Shown: positions 51,618 through 64,000, numbered from the stretch's first letter. The stretch: DNA of 64,000 bases from Phyllobates terribilis (GCF_046119375.1 NW_027362765.1:174344001-174408000); one strand, 5' to 3'. The notes: generated by a model not told the origin, from the letters alone. A program made the numbers and translations.

Positions 51618-53379
51618 CGTGCCCCTGCTTCTAGGGGGGCGGGCAGCTGCCCCCCTGACCCTCGCTGGCTACGGCCATGATTCACACACAGCGTTTTTGC
51701 GGATCCGTTTTTTGCAGTAAAATGCAGTGTCTCTGGGCATCCCAGCAAAGTCAATGGGTTTCAAGATATGACATTCAGACACATTGTTTTGTGAGGATCC
51801 GTTTTTGGGCTCAAAAACGGATCCTCACAAAGAATGAGCACGTCAGTTTGTTCGGCGTTTTTCTAATCTCCTTTTGCTATTGAAAACATTATCTATGAGC
51901 TCAAAAACCTTCCAGGTGATGCGGTTTTTTATAAAGCTGATCTGTTTTTGCAGCTGAAAAACGTATCCTCAAAAAACGCTGTGTGAATGTAGCCTTAGAT
52001 CAGGAATAGAACAGCCATTTATAGGACATTTCATAACTTTCCCAAATTCCTATGAAAAAATATTCCCCACAAACTGCATTGATCTACTGCACCCAATTTA
52101 TTATATATTTTAGGAGTCGTAGTCGGTCCATTTTATACTGACTCCGACTCCACCAAAATGAGCACCGACTCCAACTCCGACTCCACAGCCCTGGCTACCA
52201 CACTATCTCCTAGGTGAGCAATACTAGTTTTATATTTTTTCCATTCTCCTTAAATAGGGTCACCCTATAGAGTGCACTTTCCCCACAGCTTTACTACAAT
52301 TTGTATAGTCAGGACTCACTACTATATATAGGCTATAAAACCCCTGATAAAGTACTATTACATGCAGTCCTGTCTTCTGAATGTTTGGCTAGGTTTACAT
52401 TGCTTAATCATAGTCGCTTGATACTGCAAAAACCTAAGTAAATGCATAACTTGTGTGAAGGGTTTATGACCCTTGTACTTTGATACAGGAAAACATCTGC
52501 CACTCGGTGTCCGCCCTGCGCCTTGTAGCCTGATACATTTTATATGTAGTCAGTTCCAGATCATTATAAAGTAAGGAACAGATAATTGTGTTTTATGATT
52601 GTGTATCCTTAAAGGGGGTATACCATTCTCAGACATCTCTGGCACACCCACATGTGCTCTCGGCTGTTTCCATACTCCCATAGAAGATATGCACAGCCTC
52701 CTTTATTGGCGCTGCCTCATTCTTGAGACAAGTGAAGGTCCCAAAGGTCAGATCCATATCTATCAAACATTTATGGCATGTTCTGCGAAATACCATAAAA
52801 TGCCATAAATGTCTGGGATGGGAATAACTGTTTGCATATGCGGCCTAGTTTTGTACTTAACAAAGCATCGTTTTTTTTATTATTATTTAAACTCCGCATT
52901 TGAAGTTATCAGAACACTTTTACTTTTTCGATCGTTGAGTGTGTATGTATTGCTGCTTCCAATAGGTGGCGCTATAGAGTTCAAGTCCTCTTTTCTATGA
53001 AGAGGCAATTTGAATATGTATATATAAAAACACAATTTTTTTTACATTAATATTTATGGTGTCCACTCTTCCATTGAAATTATATAACCACCATTGGGGC
53101 AATATGAAATATATATATTTGTTGGGTTTTGTTTTTTTAGTTTGTTTTAGGCTTTTTTCCATAAGAATTGCTACTGGAAGAAATTGAAATTTTTTCTTTA
53201 TAAACCTAATCGATCACCTTTTCACAATTGATTTAGTTTCAATATGTTGATCAGGTGACAGAGAGTGTGATCTCACACTGGTCACTCCTGTGCAGTTTAT
53301 CTGAAAGCCCTAAACAGTTACCTCTATTGTAGGGCTTTCCTTACCAGGATATACCGGAGATGAGTGCTATATAAGTATA

Positions 53380-54870
53380 CAGTGGTGTGAAAAAGTGTTT
53401 GTCCCTTCCTGATTTCTTATTCTTTTGTATGTTTTTCACACTTAAATATTAGAGAAAGATAACACAAGTAAACACAAAATGCAGTTTTTAAATGAAGGTC
53501 TTTATTATTAAGGGAAAAAGAAATCCAAACCTACAAGGCCCTGTGTGAAAAAGTGATTGCCCCCTAAACCTAATAACAGGTTGGGCCACCCTTAGTAGCA
53601 ACAACTGCAATCAAGTGTTTGCGATAACTGGCCATGAGTCTTTTACAACGCTCTGGAGGAATTTTGGCCCACTCATCTTTGCAAAATTGTTGTAATTCAG
53701 CCACATTGGAGGGTTTCTGAGCATGAACCGCTTTTTTAAGGTCATGCCACAGCATTTCAATCGGATTAAGGTCACGACTTTGACTAGGCCACTCCAAAGT
53801 CTTCATTTTGTTTTTCTTTCTTCTGGTGTGTTTTGGATAATTGTCCTGCTGCATAACCCAAGTGCGCTTCTGCTTGAGGTCACAAACAGATGGCCGGACA
53901 TTCTCTTTCAGGATTTTTTGGTAGACAGCAGAATTCATGGGTTCATTTACCACAGCAAGTCTTCCAGGTCCTGAAGCAGCAAAACAGCTCCCGACAATCA
54001 CACTACCACCACCATATTTTATTGTTGGTATGATGTTCCTTTTCTGAAATGCTGTGTTACTTCTATGAAAGATTGAATGGGACATACACCTTCCAAAAAG
54101 TTCAACTTTTATCTTGTCAGTCCACAGAGTATTCTCCCAAAAATCTTGGCGATCATCAAGATGTTTTCTGGCAAAACTGAGATGAGCCTTTATTTTGTTT
54201 TTGCTTAGCAGTGTTTTTTGTGTTAGAACTCTGCCATGCATGCCATTTTTTGCTCAGTCTCTTTCTTATGGTGGAGTCATGAACACTCACCTTAACTGAG
54301 GCAAGTGAGGCCTGCAGTTCTTTTGATGTTGTTGTGGGGTCTTTTGTGACCTTTTGGCTGAATCAACACTGTGTTCTTGTAGTAATTTTGGACAGCCGTC
54401 CACTTCTGGGAAGATTCACCACTGTTCCAAGTTTTCACCATTTCTGGATAATGGCTCTCACTGTGGTTAGCTGGAGCTCCAAAGCTTTAGAAATGGCTTT
54501 ATAACCTTTTCCAGAGTGATAGATCTCAATTACTTTGTTTCTCATTTGTTCCTGAATTTCTTTGGATTGCAGCTTGATGTCTAACTTTTGAGGATCTTTT
54601 GGTCTACTTCACTTTGTCAGGCAGGTCCTATTTAAGTGATTTCTTAATTGAGAACAGGTGTGGTGGTAATCAGGCCTGTGTGTGGCTAGGGAAATTGAAC
54701 TCAGCTTCCCAAAGATGTGATAAACCACAGTTAATTTATGTTTTTAGGGAGGATTATCTCTTTTTCACACAGGGCACTGTAGGTTTGGATTATTTTTCCC
54801 TTAATAACAAAGACCTTAATTTAAAAACTGCATTTTGTGTTTACTTGTGTTATCTTTGTCCAATAGTTAA
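53380..54870 (-). mobile_element. Frog Prince-like Tc1 element, degenerate
   Basis: TA|CAGTGGTGTGAAAAAGTGTTTG TIR. ORF 53570-54241 has PTIKYGGGSV, KENVRPSV, KTLEWPSQS, KDEWAKIPP and KGGPT motifs like Frog Prince; the other TIR is truncated. Confidence 0.88.
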
Positions 54871-55129
54871 ATTCATCCTTTCGTTTGTTGAGGTTAAAGG
54901 GGTAACGTTTCTTTTTGTGGAGAGTTACAAGCCAATCCCGGCATGTCGGAGTGAGGAGAGTTATAAGCATGCTGCTTTGGGAAATTAAATATGCAAATTG
55001 TCTCTTCATAGAGGAAGAGGACTAGAACTCTAGTGAAACCTATTGGAAGCAGCGATCCTAAAAGTCAATATAGACTCTTTAACGAGCCTTGCAATATGAC
55101 TTAGGAGAAAAGCCAAACCAGAATCTCAA

Positions 55130-55174
55130 TTTGCAGACACGCTATTTTGGGGTGTTGCCCCTCCTCAGTGAAAA
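55130..55174 (-). ncRNA. Decayed type I hammerhead ribozyme motif inside a repeat
   Basis: Minus strand: TTTTCA CTGAGGA GGGG-CAACA-CCCC AAAA TA-GCG-TG TC TGCAAA. The layout matches stem I / CUGANGA / stem II / GAAA (here AAAA) / stem III / GUC. Confidence 0.7.
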
Positions 55175-57070
55175 GTTTTTGAGATTGAACCATTTGAAGA
55201 GGATTTGAGAGGATCTTCACGTGCAGGCAGGTGTCAGTCAGCTGTTTCCCAAATTTCCACTGCGGTTTCTTTGAATATTGTCCTGGGTGACAGTGAGCCC
55301 TACCTCCCTCTGACTTACCACTGAGATGCCATGATCAGCGTTGACTGCGGCATCCAAGGGAGTTAAACTGCAAGCACTGACAAGTGATGGTGAGAGTAGA
55401 GGTCCTGTGCTCTTGTCATCCCTATATTGAAGGCTATGTGCACCTTTGCACATAATTTTTCTTTTTAATCAACTTTCTAAAAAGATTTCATTAAAATTTT
55501 TTACCATTTTGCTGCTGCAGAACGTCTGTAAACCCTTTATTTCACTGGCTGACTATTCCAAAATGTACAAATCTCTCAGAGCTCCTCCTCCTGGTTCCTA
55601 CAGCTCTATGCTCTTCTCCTCTATTCTCTCAGTGTTAGGCTGCGTTACCACGAAGCATTTTCCAAGCGTTTATGCTGCGGAATTTACGCAGCGGAAACGC
55701 TTGGGAAATGCTTGGTAATCCGCCCCCCATGGTCCCCAATGACAAGCCGCAATGTCAGTGCCCATGCTGCAGATTTTTCCGAAGCATTTATGCTGCCCTC
55801 AAAAATCCGCAGCATGTCCATTAATTTTGCGGAAACGCAGCTTAATCGCCGCCATTGACTTGCATTGGACCGCGTGACATCCGCATCACTACATCTGCAC
55901 AAGCGGATATCACACGGTTCAATGTGCGGATGGTACCCAGGTCTGGAGGAGAGGAGACTCTCGTCCAGATCTGGGTACCATAGAAACTGTAAAAAAAAAA
56001 AAGAATAAAAAATAAAGATTATACTTACCTTCCGATGTCCTCCCTGTGTTTTCTCCGCTGCGTCTGGTGTCTTGCACTGCTCGCGCTGTTGTGAAGGACC
56101 TGCCATGACGTGATTGAGTCATGTGACCTGTCACATGACTCAGTGACGTCAACGCAGGTCCTTCACACCACCGCGAGCAGTGCAAGACACCGGACGCAGC
56201 GGAGAAAACACCGGGAGGACATCGGAAGGTAAGTATAATCTTTATTTTTTATTTTTTACCATTCTTATTCTTTTTTTTTTAACTAACTTGGTCACACTAT
56301 ATAAATCCATGCCGGTTGCATGGATTTATATAGTGTGACCAAGTTGTCAAGCACTTTTCCAAGTGATGCTAAAATCGCTTGGAAAAGCGCTTGATAACCC
56401 GCATGCAGAAATGCATGCAAAAATGCTTGACAAACGCTTCTACCTGGCAGGAAAAACACATGTAAAATCCGCATGCGTTTTTCCTGCCAGGGAGAAGCGG
56501 AAAAAATATGCTGCATTTCTGCATCGTGGGCACATAGCCTTAGGGCTTGTTCAGACAAGCATATTATTGGTCTGAGAGCTCACAGATTTAGTACCTTATA
56601 CTTATGTTTAAAAATGAACCTTTAATATGTATATCCTAAAATCAGACACCATTAAATACCATAAAAACAACAAACCACATTATCAGTGCAAACAAATGAA
56701 AGAAGGGGAGTGTCTTTCCTTATTATGGCACTACCTTACCCTACCTTGCTGCGGAGGTTGGCACCATATATCCTGCGCAATGGCGCCCCCGCTCACTGAC
56801 GACTCACCCTGCTTTCCCTATATCACCATGTAGTGACAAAAATTAAAGTGCAAAAAGTTGAGGTAGAAATGTTTCGGAACCATTAGCAAATGGTAGGGTA
56901 AAAAATAACGGCTGCTCTTATCAGTCCAATTTAGCAGCAGAAAAAAGGAGATTGAAAAATGTATGCTGAGAATACTTCATATCCCTGGCATATAACCAAT
57001 GACAATTTCTTGTTAGAATGTTAAGTACAGATTATCTGAAGAATGATATAAAAAATATGATCATTTAGAC

Positions 57071-58220
57071 CAGGGGCCTCAAACACGCGGGCCGCATGCG
57101 GCCCCTCCGGCTGCTTCTTGCGGCCCGCAGGCACAGACCCCGTAACGATCACGGCTCTCTCCAGCAGCCGCCGACATTAGCGCTGTAATGCAGTGTATTG
57201 CCACGCAGAGACCGGCTCTCTGCACAGCAATACCAGTGTCAGCCGCCGGCCTATCAGAGGTCCGCAGCTGACATCTGCGTCCCAGCGTAGCGGCGTATGA
57301 CGTCACTGCCATGCGCAGATGTCAGCTGCTGGCCTCTGATAGGCCGGCGGCTGGCACTGGTATTGCTGTGCAGAGAGCCGGTCTCTGTGCGGCAATACAC
57401 TGCATTACAGCGCTGATGTCGGCGGCTGCTGGAGAGAGCCACGATCGTTACGGGGTCTATGTGCCTGCGGGTAACAGGTAGAGAAAGGACGCCGAGGGAA
57501 CGGAGGACAGGTGAGAATCTTTTTTTTTTTTTCTCTGTCATGTGAAATACAGCACAGGGGACCTGTGCTCAGTATAGGGGGGAACTGTGCGCAGTATGGG
57601 GGGATGGGGACCCTGAGCGCTGCATGGGGGGTACGGGGACCCTGAGCGCTGTATGGGGGGGACGGGGACCCTGAGCGCAGTATGGAGGGGGCGGGGACCC
57701 TGAGCACAGTATGGGGGGACGGGGACCCTGTGCGCAGTATGGGGGGGGTGGCCCTGTGCGCAGTATGGGGGGGTGGCCCTGTGCGCAGTATGGGGGGGTG
57801 GCCCTGTGCGCAGTATGGGGGGGGTGGCCCTGTGCGCAGTATGGGGGGGGAACTTGGATGGGGGACATGTCTGCAACATAAGGACCAGGATGGGGGACCA
57901 TGTCTGCAATATGGGGGACCTGGATGGGGGACCATGTCTGCAATATGGGGGACCTGGATGGGAGACCATGTCTGCAATATGGGGGACCTGGATGGGGGAC
58001 CATGTCTGCAATATGGGGGACCTGGATGGGAGACCATGTCTGCAATATGGGGGACCTGGATGGGAGACCATGTCTGCAAGATGAGGACCAGTTCAAAAGG
58101 TGTATAGAAAATAAAATGGTATCACTAAAAATGTCACTTTGTCATGCAAATAATGCGGCCCCCCAAATTAAATGTTTTTCCGTGTGCGGCCCGTATTCTC
58201 AGCTGAGTTTGAGACCCCTG
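57071..58220. mobile_element. hAT non-autonomous element with internal minisatellites
   Basis: caggggcctcaaac ... gtttgagacccctg with a perfect 8-bp TSD ATTTAGAC; internal fold-back at 57100-57470; ~21-31-bp repeats at 57590-57850 and 34-bp repeats at 57856-58075. Confidence 0.92.
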
Positions 58221-58491
58221 ATTTAGACTGATAATAGGCATATATATAATGATAATTTCAATGCCAATATATAGTTAAAAATACCACAGATACATTCGTC
58301 TGGACTTAATTTTGTTCCATTCAGCCTCCTCAATCCATAGACAAATTCAATAAATCTCAGGTTAGTGCTAATCTGTACAGCGTCATAACAGATTTGGTTA
58401 AATAGATCCAAACATGATCAGTGTACCCTAATCAATACAAATATCAACTCGACGTGTTTCTCCTTTTACAAGGTTCATCAGGAGTAATCAA

Positions 58492-61400
58492 TTAACCCCT
58501 TTAAAGCCCAAGACATATTAATACGTATCTGCGCCCTGGGCTTTAAGAGCCTGACACGTATTAATACGTCTTTGCGATCGAGCCCGCTCACAAGCTGTGC
58601 GGACGTGATCGCCGCCGGGTGTCACCTGATTGTCACAGCTGATACCCAGTGCTATGTGCTGGGAGTCGAAGTCGATTGCAGCATTGAGGTGGCAAGGGAA
58701 GGTGATCGGAATACTCACCTCTCCTGCCGGCCTCCAGCGCTGTCTGCCGCGGCTTCCCGGATGTTGCCATGACCACCCGATGTCGTCATGACAACATCCG
58801 GGTTACCAGACAGCAGGAAGATATTTTGGTCATGCGCAGTGCATGACCAAAATATTTTCTGCATCTGCAGCACTGACAGCCTGTATAGCACAGGGATGGT
58901 GCTGCATTCCTGTGCTATACAGGCGATCAGAATAAAAAAAGTGAAAGTCCCATAGTGGGACAAATAATAAAAGTAAAAAAGTGTCAGAAAGTGAAAAAAA
59001 AAGTAAAAATATATAAAAAAAAAAAAAAATCCACTAAAAATAAAAATATAATGTACCCATCAATAAATATTATTATGAAAAAAAAAAAATTTAAGTACAC
59101 ATATTTGGTATCGCCGCTTCCGGAACGACCTGACCTATAAAACTGTCCAACTAGTTAACCCCTTTAGTGAACACGGTAAAAATAAAAAACTAAGCAAAAA
59201 CAAATGCTTTATCATCATACCACGAAGCAAAAAATGTAATAACACGCGATCAAAAAGACGAATATAAATAAAAATGGTACCGCTCAAAACGTCATCTGGT
59301 CCTGCAAAAAAACAAGCCACCATACAGTTCCATCAGCCGAAATATAAAAAAGTTATAGCTCTCAGAATAAAGCGATGCAAAAAAATAATTTTTTCTATAA
59401 AATAGCTTTTATTGTGTAAAAGCGCCAAAACATAGAAAAACAATATAAATGTGGTACCCCTGTAAACGTACTGACCCGAAGAATACAGCTACCTGAATTG
59501 TTGGTTTTTGTTTATTCTGCCTCCCAAAAATTGGAATAGAAAGCGATCAAAAAATGTCACGTGCCTGAAAATGGCACTAATAAAAACGTCAACTCATCCC
59601 GCAAAAAACAAGCCATTACATGACTCTGTCGGCCAAAATATGGAAAAATTATAGCTCTCAAAATATGGCGATGCAAAAACTAGATTTTACAAAAAAATGC
59701 GTCTTTTAGTGTGTGACAGCTGTCAATCATAAAAATCAGATATGATTCTGGTATCGCTGTAATCGCACCGACCCGAAGAATAAAGTCGTCTAATCACTTA
59801 TACCGCACGAGGAACGGCGTAAAAAATAAACTCTAGGGTTAGGGTTGGGGTTAAGGTTAGGGTACTCACGGGGATTGTCTGCCATGCATGAGCGATCCCC
59901 GCATGTTTTTTTGGGGTGTATAATAACCGTGAAACATGCGGGCGGGGATTCGAGCATGTCACTCGAGCACCCGCGATACTTGGTGCATACCTGAGTACCT
60001 GATGCAAACTCAAGTGGCGAGCACTTGCGCTCAAGACTAATGACAACTTATTCAATATGATGACCTAATGTTATCAAATTCTGTGTCGTACCTCTGGGTT
60101 CAAAATGTTCACTATACCCCTTGATAAAATCCTTGAGGGGTGTAGTTTCCAAAATGGGGTCATTTGTGGGGGGTTTCCACTATTTAGGCACATCAGGGGC
60201 TCTCCAAATGCGACGTGGCGTCTGCTCTGATTCCAGCCAATTTCACGTTCAAAAAGTCACACAGTGGTCCTTCCCTTCTGAACTCTGCCGTGCGCCCAAA
60301 CACTGTATTTTCCCCACATATGGGGTATTGGCGTACTCAGGAGAAATTGCACAAAAGTTTTTGGGGTCCATTTTCTCCTCTTACCCTTGTGAAAATAAAA
60401 AAGTTGGGGCTAAAACATAATTTTTGTGGAAAAAGTTTGATTTTTTTTATTTACACGGCTCCATGTTATAAACTTCTGTAAAACACTTGGGGATTCAGGG
60501 TGCTCACCACACATCTAGATAAGTTCCCTAAGGGGTCTCGTTTCCAAAATGGTGTCACTTGTGGGGGTTTTCACTGTTTAGGCACATCAGGGGCACATCC
60601 GCTAATTATTCAAGCTAATTTTACATTCAAAAAGTCAAATGGTGCTCCTTCCCTTCCGAACCTTGCCGTGCGCCCAAGCAGTGGTTTTCCCCCACATATG
60701 GGGTATCTGCTTACTCAGGAGAAATTGCACAACAAACTGCATGGTGCAATTTCTCCTGTTACCCTTATGAAAATGCAAAATTGGGGGCTGAAAAACGTTT
60801 TTGTGTGAAAAATGTGAAAATTTTATTTTTACTGCTCAATGTTATAAACTTCTGTGAAGCACCTGGGGGTTAAAGGTGCTCACCACACATCTAGATAAGT
60901 TCCCTGAGGGGTTTAGTTTCCAAAATGGTGTCACTTGTGGGGGGTTTCCACTGTTTAGGCTCTCCAAACACAACATGGCGACCGCTAATTATTCCAGCAA
61001 ATTTTACAATCAAAAAGTCAAATGGCGCTCCTTCCCTTCCGAACCCTGCCGTGCGCCCAAACAGTGTTTTTCCCCACATATGGGGTATCTGCATGCCCGC
61101 AGGAAATTGCACAACAAATTTTGGGGTCCATTTGTTCCTGTTACCCCTGCGAAAATAAAAAAAATTGGGTCTAAAGTAACATTTTTGTCAAAAAAAGTTA
61201 AAATGTTCATTTTTTTCTTCCACATTCCAAAAATTCCTGTGAAGCACCTGAAGGGTTAATAAAGTTCTTGAATGTGGTTTTGAGCTCCTTGAGGGGTGCA
61301 GTTTTTAAAATGGTGTCACTTTTGGGTATTTTCTGTCATAAAGACCCCTCAAAGTGACTTCAAATGTGATGTGGTCCCTAAAAAAATGGTTTTGTAAATT

Positions 61401-61825
61401 TTGTTGGAAAAATGAGAAATCGCTGGTCAACTTTTAACCCTTATAGCTTCCTAATAAAAAAAAAAAATTTGGTTCCAAAATTGTGCTGATGTAAAGTAGA
61501 CATGTGGGAACTGTTATTTATTAACTCTTTTGTGTGACATATCTCTCTGATTTAAGGGCACAAAAAAATCAAATTTTGAAAATTGCAAAATTTTCCAAAT
61601 TTTTGCCAAATTTCCGTTTTTTTCACAAATAAACGCAAGTGATATAGAAGAAATTTTACCACAATCATGAAGTACAATATATCACGAAAAAAACAATCTC
61701 AGAATCAGGGGGATCCGTTGAAGCGTTCCAGAGTAATTACCTCATAAAGTGACAGTGGTCAGAATTGTAAAAATTGGCCTGGTCATTAACGTACTAAAAA
61801 CCACCTTGAGTTGTAAAGGGGTTAA
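58492..61825. mobile_element. Large (3.3 kb) TTAA-flanked non-autonomous DNA transposon with internal ~376-bp tandem repeats
   Basis: TTAAcccctt ... aaggggTTAA; units start near 60120, 60500, 60876 and 61250; a foreign fragment is inserted at about 59830-60050. Confidence 0.75.
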
Positions 61826-62553
61826 GCAAACTTCATAATCAAAAAAATAACTTATCTGGCTCCTTTAGTTTTTCCAAACATGGTTCAGTAAGGACCCAGC
61901 CTCGTCATAGGGCATCTTATTATGTTCGGAGGACAATCCCCCGCAGCCTCCATATCCTGATGATGGGACGTCCCATCATCAGGAATTTGTCTATGGATTG
62001 TGAAAAAGTCCACTAAATTGAACACCTGTTGGTTAAAAAAACCGAGAAGAATACATATGGAAAGCTCAGATGAGCGAATGGAACCTTGCTTTATTTATTC
62101 TTTTCAGTCTATCCCAAGAATGCCATGACTTTCGGCTTAGGAACGAACCTCTATAAATATAGCCAGGATAAAACCTCTGAGCAATTATTGATTGTACTAT
62201 GGAGCTGGAATGAAAACTGCTACCTTGAACATCAGTTATGACTTTTTACAACCTTGTTGATCTTGTTACATGGGCCTAGACTTCCTTAATTTTATATCGA
62301 TGGCCTTTAGCACCAGTCATAAAAAAACACCGACATGATGACATTTATATCTGGCATACAGAATTATCTATAACTGGTTTGTATAGATTATTTCAAGGTT
62401 TCTTTCACATGAATATAAATGCACGGTTTAAAGTGCGGGTTCGCCCTTGTGAATCACTGCAGAGACTGGCACTGAAAAAGGAGCTACATTCAAGTGGTTA
62501 CTGATACCTTGCATGTACATAGGTAAAGCAACATGGACCATGGAGGAAATGTA

Positions 62554-63360
62554 CTGAGAACATAAAAAGTCTACACTCCCCTTTTAAAATGCCAGTCTTT
62601 TGTCATATAAAACAAACATACCAAGAATAATTTCAGACCTTTTTCCACCTTTAATGTCACCCATAATCTGTACAAATCCATTGAGAAGCAAACTGAAATT
62701 ATTTTGAGGGGGGAAAAAAAGCCAACACTGCGCATCACCAAAAGAACACCATACCTACAGTGAAGCGTGGTGGATGCTCTGAGGCTCTTATTTGGTAGCA
62801 TGAATTGGAGCTTTAGTCAAGGTGGAGGGAATTATGACGTTTCAAATATCAGTCCATTCTCCAACAAAACCTTCATGCCTCTGACAAAAAGCTGAAGATG
62901 AATTTCACCTTTCAGCGCGACAACGACCCTAAGCATATCTCCAAATCAACAAAAGAATGGCTTGACCAGAAAAAGATCAACGTGTGACCATGAATAGGGC
63001 GCTTTACACAGAAGATGCCTTCACAATCTGACAGATTTGGAGCGTTACTGCTAGGAAGAGTTGGCAAAGATTGCTAATTCTGGATGTGCCATGCTGATAG
63101 ATACCCAAAAATCTGAATGCTGTGATAAATTCAAAGGGTATTTCAACAAAGAATTTGTTTAAGGTTGTGCATACTTATGCAATTTTTATTATTTTAGTTT
63201 TTTTATTTTGCTTTTCCCACCCGAAAAGATTTCGATTTACTTTTCAATTGGTTTATACAGATATCTGTATAAATTATGGGAGACATTGAAGGTGGAAAAA
63301 GTTCAGAAATGATTCTTCATGGCATTTTAACAGTGGTATGTAGACTTTTTATATCCACTC
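62554..63360 (+). mobile_element. Internally deleted Tc1 element
   Basis: Degenerate TIRs (ataaaaagtctacac...ttaaaatgcc); remnant coding for FTFQRDNDPKH at about 62900. Confidence 0.75.
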
Positions 63361-64000
63361 TATATGTGCTATTTTACAAGGGCATTGTATCTGTCATTTG
63401 TTTGCACATTGCCCTGACTGGCACATTTGCATGAGTGCGGCAGTAGAAACAATATCTATAGGGGCACTGTTGTGTGACTTTAACTAATTCATGGACACTG
63501 CTCCATGACCCAGCACAATATAATGGTGAGCACAAAGGTATGTGTGAAGAAGGTAAAATGCAAGTGCCCGCACTTGCCTCCCTTCATGATAATGTTGTAA
63601 TGTGACGGAGTTGTACAACCTCTGCTTAATCAATTCAGAAAATAAAAACTATCTATACTCACCTCCAGCAATGGCACTATTTCAGTGATATTGGCTCTGC
63701 TGTTCTCGGCTGGTAACATGATATTATTTTATCAGGTGACCACTGCAGCCAATCAGCATTCATCAGATCTGAAGTCCGCTCTGATGATATAGTAAAGGCT
63801 GCAGCAGTTACCTGACACAATGGGTTGACTAATAGTGGAATGAATTATCAGAAAATTACTTAAGCAAGTTTTTATGTTAAATGTTTTTCATGTGTTTTTT
63901 TTCAATATTGTTTTTTATTTCCATATCACCGTCTATTCTAAAAAAAAAAATCCTGAAATCTTGTAATTTTCACTTTGGCCACTAAGCTTAAAGAGGTCGT

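Larger units (their letters stand above)
48325..52193. mobile_element. hAT MITE split by nested insertions
   Basis: TIRs cagggctgtgg / ccacagccctg; 8-bp TSD gctactac / gctaccac; the two ends together match the family at 25831-26498. Confidence 0.8.

Noticed and set aside
48645-51883. Many GC-rich ORFs suggesting gag/pol or a gene
   Set aside because: They lie within two solo LTRs and show no RT, integrase, protease or zinc-knuckle motifs.
55240-55400. Possible minus-strand exon with a gtaagt donor near 55318
   Set aside because: No homology and no partner exons; isolated splice-like words are expected by chance.
57405-58226. Several 100-224-aa Pro/Gly-rich ORFs on both strands
   Set aside because: They are translations of stop-free 21-34-bp minisatellites inside a hAT element; the peptide period equals three repeat units.
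58324-58360. 36-nt micro-exon-like segment (cag|...cag|gttagt)
   Set aside because: The peptide PPQSIDKFNKSQ does not resemble PNPO, and there is no other support.
59834-59863. Telomere-like TTAGGG run
   Set aside because: Only five degenerate units inside an inserted repeat fragment; too short to call an interstitial telomere.
60121-61259. Repeated ORFs (MLTTHLDKFP...)
   Set aside because: They are chance readings of the 376-bp internal repeats and are not conserved in frame between units.

Overview
Vertebrate genomic DNA, almost certainly a frog: it has spliced genes, a Frog Prince-like Tc1 element and dense TTAA- and TWA-flanked MITEs. Three host genes are present. (1) A complete sp2 gene on + (6 coding exons, 13134-28635, 560 aa, CpG/CCAAT promoter at about 7.1-7.7 kb). 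(2) An unnamed intact gene on - with 6 coding exons (38522-33163, 500 aa, coiled coil plus a NACC-like BEN domain), tail-to-tail with sp2. (3) Exon 1 of pnpo on + (43586-43714), head-to-head with the BEN gene; pnpo exon 2 was not found in the window. The rest is mostly transposon-derived: six Tc1/mariner copies (one DD38E, one Frog Prince-like), hAT elements with 8-bp TSDs, a solo LTR nested in another solo LTR, Kolobok/T2-like and Harbinger-like MITEs, and minisatellites. Highlights are the BEN gene sharing a tight bidirectional promoter with pnpo, a tandem array of ZNF143-type motifs beside that promoter, a MITE carrying a copy of the 3' end of sp2's large exon that could splice as an in-frame cassette, and a decayed hammerhead ribozyme. 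All coordinates were read by eye; repeat boundaries are approximate unless a TSD is quoted.
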